Assembly (NCBI GenBank): GCA_976551045.1
Contig: CDPCPM010000010.1
Span: 28,954,001-29,018,000 of the forward strand
From: Glaucostegus cemiculus
Lineage: Eukaryota
Direction: 5' to 3'
DNA: 64,000 nt
Below are positions 37,430-50,589 of this stretch, piece by piece (the stretch's first letter is position 1; the number at the start of each line of letters is the position of its first letter). A program made the translations under genes and the position numbers. A model generated the notes under the pieces. The model searched no databases. It was not told the DNA's origin and saw only the letters and a list, made by a program, of their open reading frames with translations.

Positions 37430-37780
37430 AGAGAATCATACAGCAAGGAAACAGAACCCTTGGCCCACAGAGTCCATGCCAATCATCAACTACCCAATTA
37501 CACTAATCCTACGTTAGTCCATTTATTTTATTCTCCACACACAGCCATCAACTCCCCCCAGATTTTACCACTCACTGAGGCACTAGGGGCAATTTATGGT
37601 AGTCAATTAACCTGCTAACTTGCACATCTTTGGGACGTGGGAGGAGACCAAAGCACCTTGAGGAAGCTCACATGGTCACAGAGATAACATGCAAGCTCCA
37701 CACAGACAGCACCCAAAGTTGGGATTGAACCTGGATCCCTGGCACGTGAGGGAGTGGCTCTACTAGCTGTGCCACCTTGC
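37430..37780 (-). mobile_element. Older V-SINE (HE1-like) with CR1-derived tail
   Basis: On -: B box GGTTCAATCC, V-domain (GGTCTCCTCCCACGTCCCAAAGA), and 3' end GGGCCAAGGGTTCTGTTTCCTTGCTGTATGATTCT. Confidence 0.8.
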
Positions 37781-39495
37781 AGCCCACAGAGATTGGAGAT
37801 CCTCAGTCCAGGGGAATGGAAGTATCTTGGATGTAAATAAGTCATTTTCTTACCCTACCAGGTTGTACAAGGAATGACATCATCCTATCAGCCCTGATGT
37901 AAACCACGATAAGGTCACAATGGTGAGTCACAACAGAAAGTGCCCCGTTAAATTTTCTGAGTGACACCTAACAACCCAGAAATGGACATTACCATGTTTC
38001 ACCCATAAAACATTTGATTTTCAATTGAAAAGCATTGAAAGAAAAAAAACATTATGTAACTGAATTTCCAGGCAGCCATCAATTAGATGCGATGTTACAC
38101 CGAAGACCTCTCTGTCCTCTTAGTAGACATAAAAGCACTCTGTCGGTTTTTTCTCCCAAAGAGAAACAGTAAGTTTTCCCCTACATTCTCTTGGTTACTA
38201 TTTATTCCCCTGCTGACACAATTAATACTGGGTATTTTTCTGGCTCTCTGTGTGAATCCTTAGTTGTTTGTATCATTATTATTACGTCAATGTATTCATT
38301 TTAAGAATGCTATGTATTTCCCTTACAAGAGCACAGTGTCTATTTTCCTTTTAGGAGTTGTGAGCTTGTGTTGAAGATTACAAGACAATGAAAAAAACAG
38401 CATGGAGCAGCAATGTGCATATTTAATCAATAATGCAATGGCTAAACCTTTGGAATTCATAGTTGCTATCTCTACAATTTCAACAGTTACTAAACTTTGA
38501 GTAGTACATCATCGGTTATAATCTGTTGTGTGAGGTTCACTATATAAACTAACATTAACTGTTCAAACCAATGAATGGAGCCAAAGCAATGTTCAAAAGG
38601 TTCAGCCTAGGTGCAGTGGATGAGTGAATATCTACTGCGAGTCCTCCTCATTCATACTATCAACAAACTCGACGAGATCAAGTCTTCTAACATATTAGAG
38701 TTGCTTATCACACCAAGTTATTCAGCTTGGCAACAAAGATAAAAGAGAGAAAATAGCTTTCAGAGAGATATGGAACAATCAAATGGGGTAATGAATGCAG
38801 ATACTGTATATTTTAATGTAAACAAATATATTACTTATCAGACCATAACTTCTTACAACACAGACATTTAGCCTTGGCTTTTTGGAAATCTGCTACATTT
38901 CTCTGAAAGCATTTTCAGCCCATAACTTGTAGTTACAACATGTCTTCAATATGATAAAACATCCCAAGCTTTTTCACAATTGTACTATCAATCAAAAATT
39001 TGATACAAAACCATGAAAGGAGATTTGAGGGCAGACACAAGAGTGAAGTCAAAGGAGCATACTAAATAATAAGAGGGAGGGGCCAGTAGGCAGAGAGGCT
39101 TAGGAAGGGAAATCCAGAGAGAGTTTTGGCAGATGAAGACAGGTCCACCAATGGTGATGCAAATAAAACTGGGGCTGCTCAAGATCACAGACATCTTGTA
39201 AAACTGTAGGACTGGAGGAAATGATAGATCTCAGTTAGGGATTTGGAAACAAGAGTGAGAACATTACAATTAAATCATTATTTAACTGGGAGATAATAAA
39301 AGTCAGTAAGCAAAGGGTAGGTGGGTGACTTGGTGCCAGTTAAAGTATAGGCAGCACAGTTCTCAGGTATACAGAGTGTACAATGAGAGTGGCCGGCAGC
39401 TGGAATAGTACAGACCAGTACTTCACCCTCAAATTCCATATCTTTTAAATATTTATCCTCTTCCCTTTTAAAAGCAGTTATAAATTATGTTTCTG

Positions 39496-40331
39496 TGTTA
39501 CAAAACCAGCAACAAAAGAAGCACACCAAGTCATACTTCAGTGTTATAACTACTTTATTAATAACTACTTCCGATAATACATAAAATAAGAACAAAAAGT
39601 TAGTATATTAGTACAAAACAAAATATTAGAATCTTAAACTGCAACCCCAAAAACTACTCGTCGTGTGTGTGTGGCAAATTCCTAAACTCCAAGTCCAGGA
39701 ATTGGTTCTTAAAGTTCAGTTCAGTAAGCCGTAAGATGAAACACGAATAAAGGCTTCTTCACAAGCACCGTCCACCGAAGGCAAAACATAGGTATAGAGC
39801 GAGCTTAGAGAGGAATCACGAAATCCAAATGTTCCACTCAGAGTTCAAACGACACTTCAGGGCTAACTCGGTAGTGACTTTCTCACCCCGAAAACTCCTG
39901 GATCGTGACTGTCCATGCAAATACCTGTGTTCTTCTACAGGTTAGCAGCAAAGTGAATTCCGTCACTTTGTTCCATAGTATCTGCCACTCTGAAGAGCAT
40001 CCAAAATGTGGTTATCCACGCAAACACCTGTGTCCTTCTACAGGTTACCGACAAAGTGGACTCCACTGGACTACTCCAGAAATCCTCCTGTGGCTCGTAG
40101 TGACAAACACAGTTACTGTCCTTCATCCATCGACAGAAACAAAACAGGCTGCCGTCTCTCCTTTCTCTCTCTCTCCGTCTGTCTGTCTCTCTCTCTCTTT
40201 CTTTTTTTTCCTCATAATGACCTCATCACGTTCATCTTATCTTCTGTTGACATAATACGTTCTTATAGGCACACACATACAATGTCCTATCTTAAAGGGA
40301 TATTTTGCCTATAGTAAGCTACTTCGTAACA
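39496..40331 (-). mobile_element. Solo LTR, 836 bp (Gypsy-like or other LTR retroelement)
   Basis: Termini TGTTAC...GTAACA; perfect TSD TCTG (39492-39495, 40332-40335); AATAAA on - about 60 bp from the end; more CpG than the flanks. Confidence 0.85.
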
Positions 40332-40409
40332 TCTGCCAGATTTTCTGTGTGAATTCCTATCCTAACCTATATATATATCTTATTCCTAACCTAGTTTATA
40401 AAGTTATAA

Positions 40410-40755
40410 AATTATAAGGGGCATAGATAGGGTAGATAGTCTGAGTCTTTTATCCAGGATGGAAATGTCAAAGCTTTAAGATGAGAGGAGGGAAATAGAA
40501 AGGAAATGTGCAAGGCAAGTTTTTTTTGGACACAGAGAGTGGTGGGTAACTGGAATGCACTCCCTGTGGGGTGTGGTGGAAGCAGATGAAATAGTGACAT
40601 TTAAGATGCATTTAGACAGACACATGAATGTGCAGAGAATGGAAAGATATGGATCATGTGCAGGCAGATGGAATTAATTTAATTTGGCATCATGGTCAGT
40701 ACAGACATTGTAGGCTGAGGGCCTGTTCCTGTACTGTACTGTTTTATGTTCTAGG
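40410..40755 (+). mobile_element. CR1/HER1 3' fragment
   Basis: Same family as 4023-4382. Confidence 0.85.
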
Positions 40756-43700
40756 TTCTAACAATCCTGGCAGGAACAATCATCCTTTTGATAATGGTTT
40801 TCAATATACCAGTTCACCAATGAAAAGTAGTTGTCATATTTACCTTATGAAAACCCATAATTGTTTTAGATAATATCATAACTTTTTTTTCTGCTCTGAT
40901 GAAGTGCCTGTTTTTATTTGGTCTTTTCTTATAAATAAAAATCTTCCATTGTTTCTACTTTTTCCTCCAGATTTTTATTGTTCTGACTCCAGAGAGTTAT
41001 GCCTCATGTGCAGCGCAGCACATAATGGAACATTGGACAAGAAATTGTAGATCCTTTAATATAAATGAAAGTTAAGCTTTGCAACCCTTATCTCGCTCTC
41101 CAAACCCAGGGTTCAGTTCTTATACCAGGTTACTAAAACATCTTCATTTGACTGCTCAAAGTATTTGAATGCAACTAACCTGAAAATAGTTCTGAATTCA
41201 GTTCAATTTGCATTTGGAAATGGTTTCATAGAGTAATACCAATGTGGAAACAGACCCTTTGGTCCACTGAATCCGTACTGGCCATCAAATATTCAACTAT
41301 ATTCATCCTGTTTTCTAGCACTTGGTCTGTAGCCTTCTAAACTGTGGTGTTTCAAATATGTTTTTGGATTTGGGATTTGCTTTAAATTTGGTGTAACAGA
41401 TATGCTTTACTTCTAAGTAATCTTTTGAGCACTTGTTCTTTATTTTACCACATATATTTTAAGTTAATTAACAGCAGCTTAACGTGCTTTAACTGTACAG
41501 TGAAAGCTTGAAGACTGTTGGAGGACAACTTTACATCTACTTTACTGGTTATCCACACCCAGTAACATTTACCTAATTTTTGCCTTGGGAGCCATGTTAA
41601 AATCTGCAATATATCCAAAACAGTGATAAAATGAGGCACATAATATTGAGGTTGCACTGGAATTATTATTTCAAAGATATCAATATTTTTTTCAACCATT
41701 TCCAATTGCCGCTGGTGATGTAACAAAGTTGGTCATGTATAATGAAACCCATTTTCACCGATTTTCATCCCTTTCCCATCCAAAGCTGCACCGAGGGTCA
41801 TATCAAATGGGTGATATCAAATAAGTTATCTGTTATACTGTACATTTCTCCTGGTTATTATTTCCATTGATTTTGTCTTCCAGTGCTTTTGGGAAATGGA
41901 ATAATCTTCTACCCTTAGGTTTACCTCTTTAATCCTTGCAACTTGCCAAAGTTTCTTTGACAACAGCCCCCAAATCATCATCTGGAAGGACAAGGGCAGC
42001 AGCAATTGCATGGGAATATCTCCACTAGCAGCTTAACCCTTCTTGAATCTAATTAGATGGATGACCAGGATCAAGGGACTGGATAATCTGCTCCTCTTCC
42101 ATTGCAAGTAACGGACACTTGTATCAAAAAAGGTTTCAGATGTCTCCAAGTGTTGAAACTTGTAAGAGATTCTTGGATTTTCATACATCTTTTTCTAAAA
42201 AATGTACATAATTTATGTTTAGTTTTTTGTGAATGCTGCTTATATGATGCTAAGTGCCTATGATGCTGCTGCAGGTAAGCTTTTCATTGTACCTGTGCAT
42301 ACACGTACGTGTATAGGACAACAAAACTCGACTTTAGACTTTAATAGGATCTACAGTAGTATCCACAATGTGTTTAACATAGCTACAAAATGCACTTACT
42401 GGTAATAAATGTGTGAATTTACTAATATATGATGCCTACTCAATTTGCCAATGCAACAATAACTGCTCTTTAAAATATTCACTGTGAAGCACTTTGATAT
42501 TTCCTTGAAGGTTCAATAAGGCACTACAAGATTGAAATGGTTATAAAAATCAAGACAATAACTAGGTTTCTTTTGGACATCCCACAATACTTCTAATAGG
42601 AAAACACAGTGTCACAGGTCAACAAACTCTTTGGTACAGATTCCTATATATCAGGCAGAAAATTCAGATTCATCATAAATGGCTGGATCACTAATCATGG
42701 AGGATAGCAATAAAGTGCCTGAAACGGAAACCCGGAGGGGAGGAATATTCAGAATAAAATGGATGCTGGACTAACAAAGATAGACCAAGAAAAGTAGTGC
42801 TTCTGAGTAAAGAGATGAGAGGTATAGTCTTTGACATTTAGAGAAAAGATGGAAGAAGGGCAGAAAGATAGAATGACAAGATAATCATGAAGAAACGACA
42901 ATAAGTGGAGAAAAGCATCCTCAGAACAATAGTGAGCAGCTGAATCAGAGAAACCACTGGGGTAAGAAGGTGACCACTGAACAGAGCAGCACTGAAGCAA
43001 AGAGAGTCCGGGAGCAACAAAAGAGAGACTGAGTGACAAGAACATTAAATGATTAAAAAGAAGAGAAAGAATGATAGCAAAAGATAGAGTGCACTGAAGC
43101 TTGAAAGAGGCAATGGCAGAACAAGAGAGAGATGTAGATTACTGGAGCATATTATGGAAAGAATGATGGAGAAAATGGAGTGTAGCAGACCATGAGAAAG
43201 GGCTAAGTGTTTTGCCTTGGTAATAAAGGTCAAAATGATTAATGGCACCATTTCATTCAAGTTCTGGTGTTTATAATAGTAACATATGGAGCCTCGATGT
43301 TCCACTCTTAATAATTGAGGAAAATACTGACGTGAGGATAACTAGCCCTGTGACTATACCTCCTCCAAGCCAATGCACACAAGCAGAATCTCTCACTGCA
43401 GTGGCAGTGAAGCTGGCTGTTAGTGATTAGACTGATTGATTGTGGAAGTTCGTCTACCATAGATTTATTGAGCTCCATCTGTTTCATATTCCTGGCTCAC
43501 ACAAATGCAAGATAAAACATTTCTATTTTTTTTAAATCTCCATTCTTCTCTCCTTTCATGAGATAAAAGCAGAAAATGCTGGAAACACTCAGCAGGTCCG
43601 GCAGCTTCTGTGGAAAGGGAAACAGAATTAATGTTTTGGGGCAGAGGACCTTCACCAGGATTTGATCAGACTTTCTCCTATCCTTCTAACCCCACCCAAG

Positions 43701-44068
43701 GCCTGCTTTTGACATTAATGTTGAATAAAAGATGGATAATATCAATTAGCTGTCCTTCTTACAACATTCCACTGATTTTATCCTCCAGTTAGCTTTAGCA
43801 AATGGGTTAAATTTTGGGAAACTAAATAGTCTTCTACCTTTAAATTTACCATCTAGTCATTTTTTGTAGCAGCACAAAATACACTGAAACAATCTGTCAA
43901 GGCTCCTTGGCTAGTACTTCTCTAACCTTTGGTCCTTAGCACTAGGATACATGGAATATCCACCACCAACAAATTAGATGCTATTTGAAAATCACACACT
44001 CACTTGTTGCGTGTGGCCAGAAATGAACTTCCATGCAGTCATCTCTCACAATCTTCTTAAGCATTACA

Positions 44069-44160
44069 GATAAGATCTTTATTAGTCACATGTACATTGA
44101 AACACAGTGAAATGTATCTTTGCGTAGAATGTTCTGCGGGGTAGTCCGCAAGTGCCGCCA
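44069..44160 (-). mobile_element. 5'-truncated V-SINE (3' part only)
   Basis: GATAAGATCTTTATTAGTCACATGTACATTGAAACACAGTGAAATG...; a shorter piece lies at 29164-29225. Confidence 0.8.
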
Positions 44161-46145
44161 ATAAACATTGGATGGTCAGAAAGTTCTTTGTGAATATTCT
44201 GACATGGTCTTCTATTGGAAGTGTTTATTGCAAGGGACTAGAAATACATGGGTGATATTAGTTGGAGGATGGATCACTCCCACAGCCCAAAACTCATTGA
44301 GACCCAGTATTGGGTCTTGGGTCTTGTTTCCACTTATCGGGTAAGTTGTAGAGAACAACAACCTATTAGTTGTGATTGTAGGGAAAAGGTGGAGGTTGAG
44401 AAGGGGTCGGTTGAGTCATCAAGCAGTTCCATTATGAATGGTGAAGGATATGGTGGATGGGCAGGCTGGAAGGAGTGACACTTGGGAGGAGAGCATTGAC
44501 AATCGGGGGTTACACATTAAGGTAAGTACATTTTACAAACTTACAACATTAACAGGCAGTCCCTTTAGGAACTTAGGCTTCATCTAGACTTGCTTTTCCT
44601 GAGTGCATGCAGCTGCCTCAAAGCTAATCACTCTTGTTATACATTGGATTGTAATGAGTGTGAGTTTCCAGCCTGCTGCACTGGAGAATTGTTCAGTGCT
44701 CCTGAAATATTAGGTCCTTTCATTCAATCACTCAGACAACTTTTACTGAAATGTTTTTTTCATTTGGTGGATTAACAGTGGAGAGGAACCTGTCAGCACC
44801 CTCTCTTTACTCAGTTTAACTTCCCCTTTACAGCTATGTTAAACCTGTTATTTTGCACCATACTATTACAGAATTGTTCCCATATAATTAAATATGAATA
44901 GAGGGCCTAATTTATATCTCATTAAGTCATTTAAGCAAATATACAAGCAAAAGTTAACTGTTTAACAACTCTTGAGTAATCATCCAAAGCATCATGGTGA
45001 CCGTAAACTGGATAAATTGGGGACCATTGTCAAAAGGACTTAGAAACGTAGCTCGTCAGAAGTGAATGAGAAACTCAATGTTAACAGTGCAGATTCACAA
45101 CTTCAGACTTCTCTCTGCACAAAGTTTAAAGACGTTTACACAGGTTGCTGGATGCAGAGACTTTCTGAAGTGGTCCATAGGATTAGCTGTGGTGTTGTGC
45201 AACCTCAACACTAGAGGGTGACTACGAATGAAAATTACTGAAGCAATTCTTCATGAATCATTGCAGTTTAATGAACTATGCCAAAGCTAATAACAAGCTG
45301 CCAAATAATTGTACTCATGGCACTTTACACAGTTGGATTTTGGAATATAATGTTTTACATTACATGGCTTTCAATTTATTAAAAAATAGATTGCCCCGAG
45401 TTGTTGATTGTATCTTTTAAATAATGTCGATTAGTTTGCAGGCTACAGGGCAGCCACTTTTTTTAAAATCTTTATTTCTCATCCTAACCTGTATCTTCTC
45501 ATAAAATGAACTTTCCCAAATGTAGGTTGTTTGAATTTTTAAAAAAAGATAGAGTGCCAGGTAGTTTCACATTGTTTATTATTGGCTAGCAGCTGATATG
45601 CTTGTTTTGAGGTTGTAATCATTCATTCTGCACCAATAAAGCTCCTTTCAATTTCAGAATTAGCCACTATTTCAAGGAGGACACAATACACTTTCTACAA
45701 TTACAGCTTTTCTCGTGAAAACCAACAGAGGCCGCCCCAAATTAGAACTAAGTTTTCATCGAGGGTGGAGACTCCTGTGTAATGCAAATACAAAATGCTG
45801 GCAACATTCAATATCTCCATCACTATCTAAAAATGGAATAAGATAATGCCTCAGGTGTATCCCTCACCACATCTGCAGTGGGGGAAAGGCCAGAAGCAGC
45901 AGGAATGTATGAAATACGGCTGGGTAAAGAATAAGGGACCAATCCATAGTCAGTGTTCCTACAATGACACTGAATCATAAGGCCACTCCAAAGTCATGAA
46001 TCTGGGGTGCCATCTCAATGAAGGAGTCTGAATGAAGTGACATCTGCCCTTCCAGTGAGGTTAAAGACGCCATTCAATTAATAGAAAGAGGGCTGGGAAT
46101 ATTCTGCTGATATGCTTGTCATCTTAACAAACATTCAAACCAGGT

Positions 46146-46762
46146 GCAAAAAGAAAACCACTGGAGGAACTCCATAGGTCAGGCAGCATCTGTGGAGGCA
46201 AAGGGATGGTCGACATTTCAGGCTGAGACCCTGCATCAGGACTGAGAGCGTAGAGGGGAGATAGCCAGGATAAAGTGGTGAGAGGGAGGGGTGAGGAAGG
46301 AGCTGGCAGACGTTAGGTGGAACCTGCTGAGGAGGGGATGATTGAAAGAGGAAATCAGGAGGAGGGGGATGAGGAGGAGGAGGAGGGGGGTGGGAAGGGG
46401 GAGGAGTGGAGTTGCGAGACTGCAGTTGGTGTTAACATTGAATGTTCTAATTTCAGGTGTCCTGCATCCATGTTCCTTTCTCTCTCCTCCTTATCTATGC
46501 AGGTTCTCCCAACCCACATCAGCTTGCAGCCTCTGTCTCTTCAACCTCCTCCCCTCCCCCACCTGCTTCCGTCGATCCCCTTTTCTCCCCACTCTCTCCT
46601 TATCTATCTGTACCTACTGCCCACCAGCCCCAGTCCTGACGCAGCATCTCGACCCGAAATGTTAACTATCCCTCTGCCTCCACAGATGCTGCCTGACCTG
46701 CTGAGTTCCACCAGCAGTTTTGGTTTTGCTCCAGATTCCAGCATCTGCAGTCTCTTGTGTCT
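46146..46762. mobile_element. Penelope-like element in inverted (palindromic) configuration
   Basis: GGTCAGGCAGCATCTGTGGAGGCA..GGGAT (left arm) is the reverse complement of ATCCC..TGCCTCCACAGATGCTGCCTGACC (right arm). A purine-rich half precedes a pyrimidine-rich half. Confidence 0.7.
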
Positions 46763-49392
46763 TCATTCAAACTAGATGGCTTGATTGTTTATATAATCAC
46801 TGTGGGATCCTGCTGGGCATAACTTGGCTTCAGCATTGCTGACGATAGAACAGTGACTGTGCTTCAGCGGTACTTCACTGCCTGTAAAGTACACAGAAAG
46901 CCTGAAAACACGAAAGGTACTTCATAAATTTAAGTCTTTCTCACAATATGGCAATCATACCAGCCATATTAAAATCACCAAAACTAATTTAAGTAGAGAG
47001 AAAAATCACAACATTTACTTGTCTCCCAAGAGCCAATGTCTCTCAGTTATATGAACGGGAGCTCAGTGCTGAGAAGCAGATTTCTAGTCTGAGAGCTGGG
47101 ATGCCTGCAAAGCATCACACTGCTACTCTGAGTCCATCAGAGTAGCACAGGGTACCCTGCATGGATTGAAAGTGCTACTGTCAGTGTAGGCTGATGCCAG
47201 CACTGCAAAGCAGGACTTACATGGGGATGCACAGGCAAGTCTCAATAGCATTGGCATTGGAGTGGAAGATCTGCCCCATGACCTCTGCTTCGCTCTCCAA
47301 CAATGATGCTCGAACTGCTGAGTATTTCCAGCATTTTCCATTTCTATTTCAGATTACTAACATCGCAATGGAATATATTTTCTACATTGTTTCCCTGTGG
47401 CATTAAATTAAAATAAAAATAGGTGTTAGATATTTGTTAGAAATTTCACACAAGGAGACAGAGTGATGTCTTGGATCAAATCCTTCATGATGGTCTGTAC
47501 TGTGTTTAATATTTCTATCAATTAATTACCTCTTCAAGTTAAGTAATCTGTTAGGAGATTGAGTGGATTGCACCCAGTGGATATCCAAATGAAAATAAAG
47601 GGCAAACATGCACTAATGCAGAGATCAAAAATTACATTTAAAGTGTAGTAAACTGGGTGAATGTTTAACAATAAACTTTAGGAAAAATGACTATTTTGTG
47701 CAATATAAAAACAATGATTCATTATATGATAAATAAATGTTTAGTGGGAAGAATTTGAATCTTTGATTAGTTTGCTCAGATTTGCAAATTTGATGTGACA
47801 TCTTCACATGAAATACAAGGTCTCAAGCAAACTCTGAAGCAAACTCAAACTTCTCTCATGCAAAGTGAAAATTGAACCAAATTCTAGTTATCAGACAATA
47901 AAGTGTTTCTTCTATTTGCACTTCATTGTGTTAGCTATTCTGAACTTGAATGCATTAAGGTATCAATTCTTTAAATTTGCCAAACCATGATTTCTGTTTG
48001 TGAATACTCCTTGAGTCAGTGAATCCCAAATGTTACATAAATAAGTTGTAGTGAATTATTTACTTCTATGAAGTGAAATTTAGAAAATAATAATTTAATA
48101 CATGTTCTACATGCTCACCTGTTGAAATTATGTTGTGTGCTTTTAACAGTGATGTAAAAATCTATTCATCCTTTCAATTAGCTATTAAGTCTGACATTCT
48201 GGAATGTTCTACAAAATTAAGGTGCTATCCAAAAACAATTTTGGGGGAAAAATGGTACTAAGTGTTGATTTCCTGGCACATCACATTTGAAAGTGTTATC
48301 CTTCGGTGTATCTAAACCAAAATTACTAAACTAGATAGTAGATAACTCATTGATTTAGCTGCAAGATGCCAATGCATCTTTTAAGAGTAAATTATAATAC
48401 TCACAACATAGTAACACAATCATTTTCTTTTGTCAATAAAATAAACCTTTCTTCCATTTTATAAATCCTTTTGTTATATTGTTGTATTTTTCTTCCTGTA
48501 ATGATAAACAAACAGTTTGGTGAAACTTCAAAGCTACATTTTGCTTTTATTTGTATTGTATTTCATTCTTTTTCCTTTGAATGAAAGCTTAAGGCTAAGC
48601 AATAAAGACCAGACCCTATTGACGACATCAGAAAACCAGAAATAAACTGTGTAAAAAGACAGGAGAATTCAGCATTCCTTCTAGTAACATCTGTTTTATT
48701 ATATTTTCACTGACAGTGGATCAGTTTTAAAATCACCAGGAAACAAGAGCAGCTCTCTGGGGTAGAGAATTCCAAAGATTCACAACCCTCAGAGAAGACA
48801 TTCCACACCTCATAAATGGGCAACACTGATTCTAACCTCTGTCTCTGAACGTCCAACACCATCTGCCCCATCGGTCTCCCAGACGTTCGTTCATGTGTAG
48901 GGGGTGTCCGTAAGTTGGGTGTTGAAAGGTCAACTGATGCAATGACTTAAAGTGAACCTAAATGGAGTCACTTAAGGGATCTATAAATGTAACACTATAT
49001 TCTGCATGTTGCTATTGCTTTTCCCTTAGTGCCTTCTGGTTCTGGATAACACCATTCAGGGAAACATCCTCTCAGCCTCCTTCCTATCAATCCCCCACAG
49101 AATCATCTGTTTTAATAAGATCACCTTTAGAATAGCTAAGCTCCAAAAAGTAGCACAGTGAGATGAAATGCTGCCTTTTCGTTAGGAATCCCCCTTTATG
49201 GACAGGATTGAAAACAGCAAAAATTGGTGAGAAAGCATTAGAGAAAAGCGAAGGAATGTGCAGAAAAGTCAGACAATGCAATATCTAAATTTTGCAGGCT
49301 GACGCAAGTATTGCGTTGTTGCTGCTGGTACTTCAGGAGTTGTGCAACGCCTCCACCGCGACCCCCCCCCCCCCCACCCCCCAACTCGTTTA

Positions 49393-49796
49393 TAGGCAGT
49401 CCCCAGGTTACAATAGGCTTCTGTTCTTGAGAACTGCTCGCAACCCGAATTGTTCGCAGGTCGGAAAGGAACGAAAACAGTGTGAGCGAAAGGACGACAG
49501 GAACAGCTGTGATGGGAGAGTGAGCAGGCACGGGAAGAGCGGCTGCCAGCTGGCCTCTCTGACTCGCGAGTAAAAGAGCGAGTCTGCTTGGCTCAACCCA
49601 GCCCCTGAATGTTGCGGCTGAGGGGTGGGGCACCGGAGTGTGGAAAGAGATGGCACATGGAAATGCCCTGTTCCCAACTGGTGGAAGATGCTTGCGGCAC
49701 CGCAGCAGCTGACAAGTTCATCACCATCTGCCCTGTCGCTCGTTCATATATCGGGCGTGTCTGTAAGTTGGGCGTTTGTTAACTAGGGAGGACCTG
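49393..49796. mobile_element. Tigger/pogo-like non-autonomous DNA transposon, ~400 bp
   Basis: TA on both flanks; imperfect TIRs (TAGGCAGTCCCCAGGTTACAA vs CAGGTCCTCCCTAGTTAACAA); CpG-rich; second copy near 34.5-34.9 kb. Confidence 0.65.
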
Positions 49797-50589
49797 TACC
49801 TTGAACAGTCAACTGATGCAATGACTTAAAATGAACCTCGAGGGATCTATAAATGTAACACTATACTCTGCATTTTGCTATTGCTTTTCCCTTAGTGCTA
49901 CCTTGATGTATTTATGTTTTGAAATGACATGCAAAACAAAACCGGCATACAAAACGAAGTTTTTCACTGTATCTCGGTACATGTGACAATAAAAACCCAA
50001 TTACCCAATTCCTGAATGATTGTGGATTTCACTAGCTACAAGTATTATCCAATGACATTCAGGCCAGTGTCAGCGTGACGGTTAAGTACATGGACGAGCA
50101 ACCAGAGTGCAGGACCATTGATTGCAGAGACAGGAATTTAAATCCCACCATGGCAGTGATGGAATTTCAGTTAATAAAATAGGGAAATTTAAAACAAAAT
50201 CTCGGTATTGGTAATCCTGGAACTACCAGATTGTCATTATAAACCATCTGGTTTAGTGATATAATTCAGAGGAAAAAAAATCTACAAGTCAGGTTGACAT
50301 GTGAATTGTTTTCTGTCCCATCTGAGGATGGGACCTTAGGATCCACCTGCTGAGGTGTGGTCACTGTTTGTGGGAGCTCTTCTTGTGGGACAGTTGCAGT
50401 AGCCAGGCCTCGAGTTCAGTTGGTTGGAAGTAGAAAATGTCCAAGGTGGGGCAAGTGTGGATGGTGGGGCTTGATCAAGCACATTCCAGTCCAGTTTTAA
50501 ACAATCTGATCTTGTCTACCATGGCAATTGGTTAGTTTCTTCCTGGCTCCAAAGCAACAATGCACTTTGCAAGAGGAAAATACACTGTA

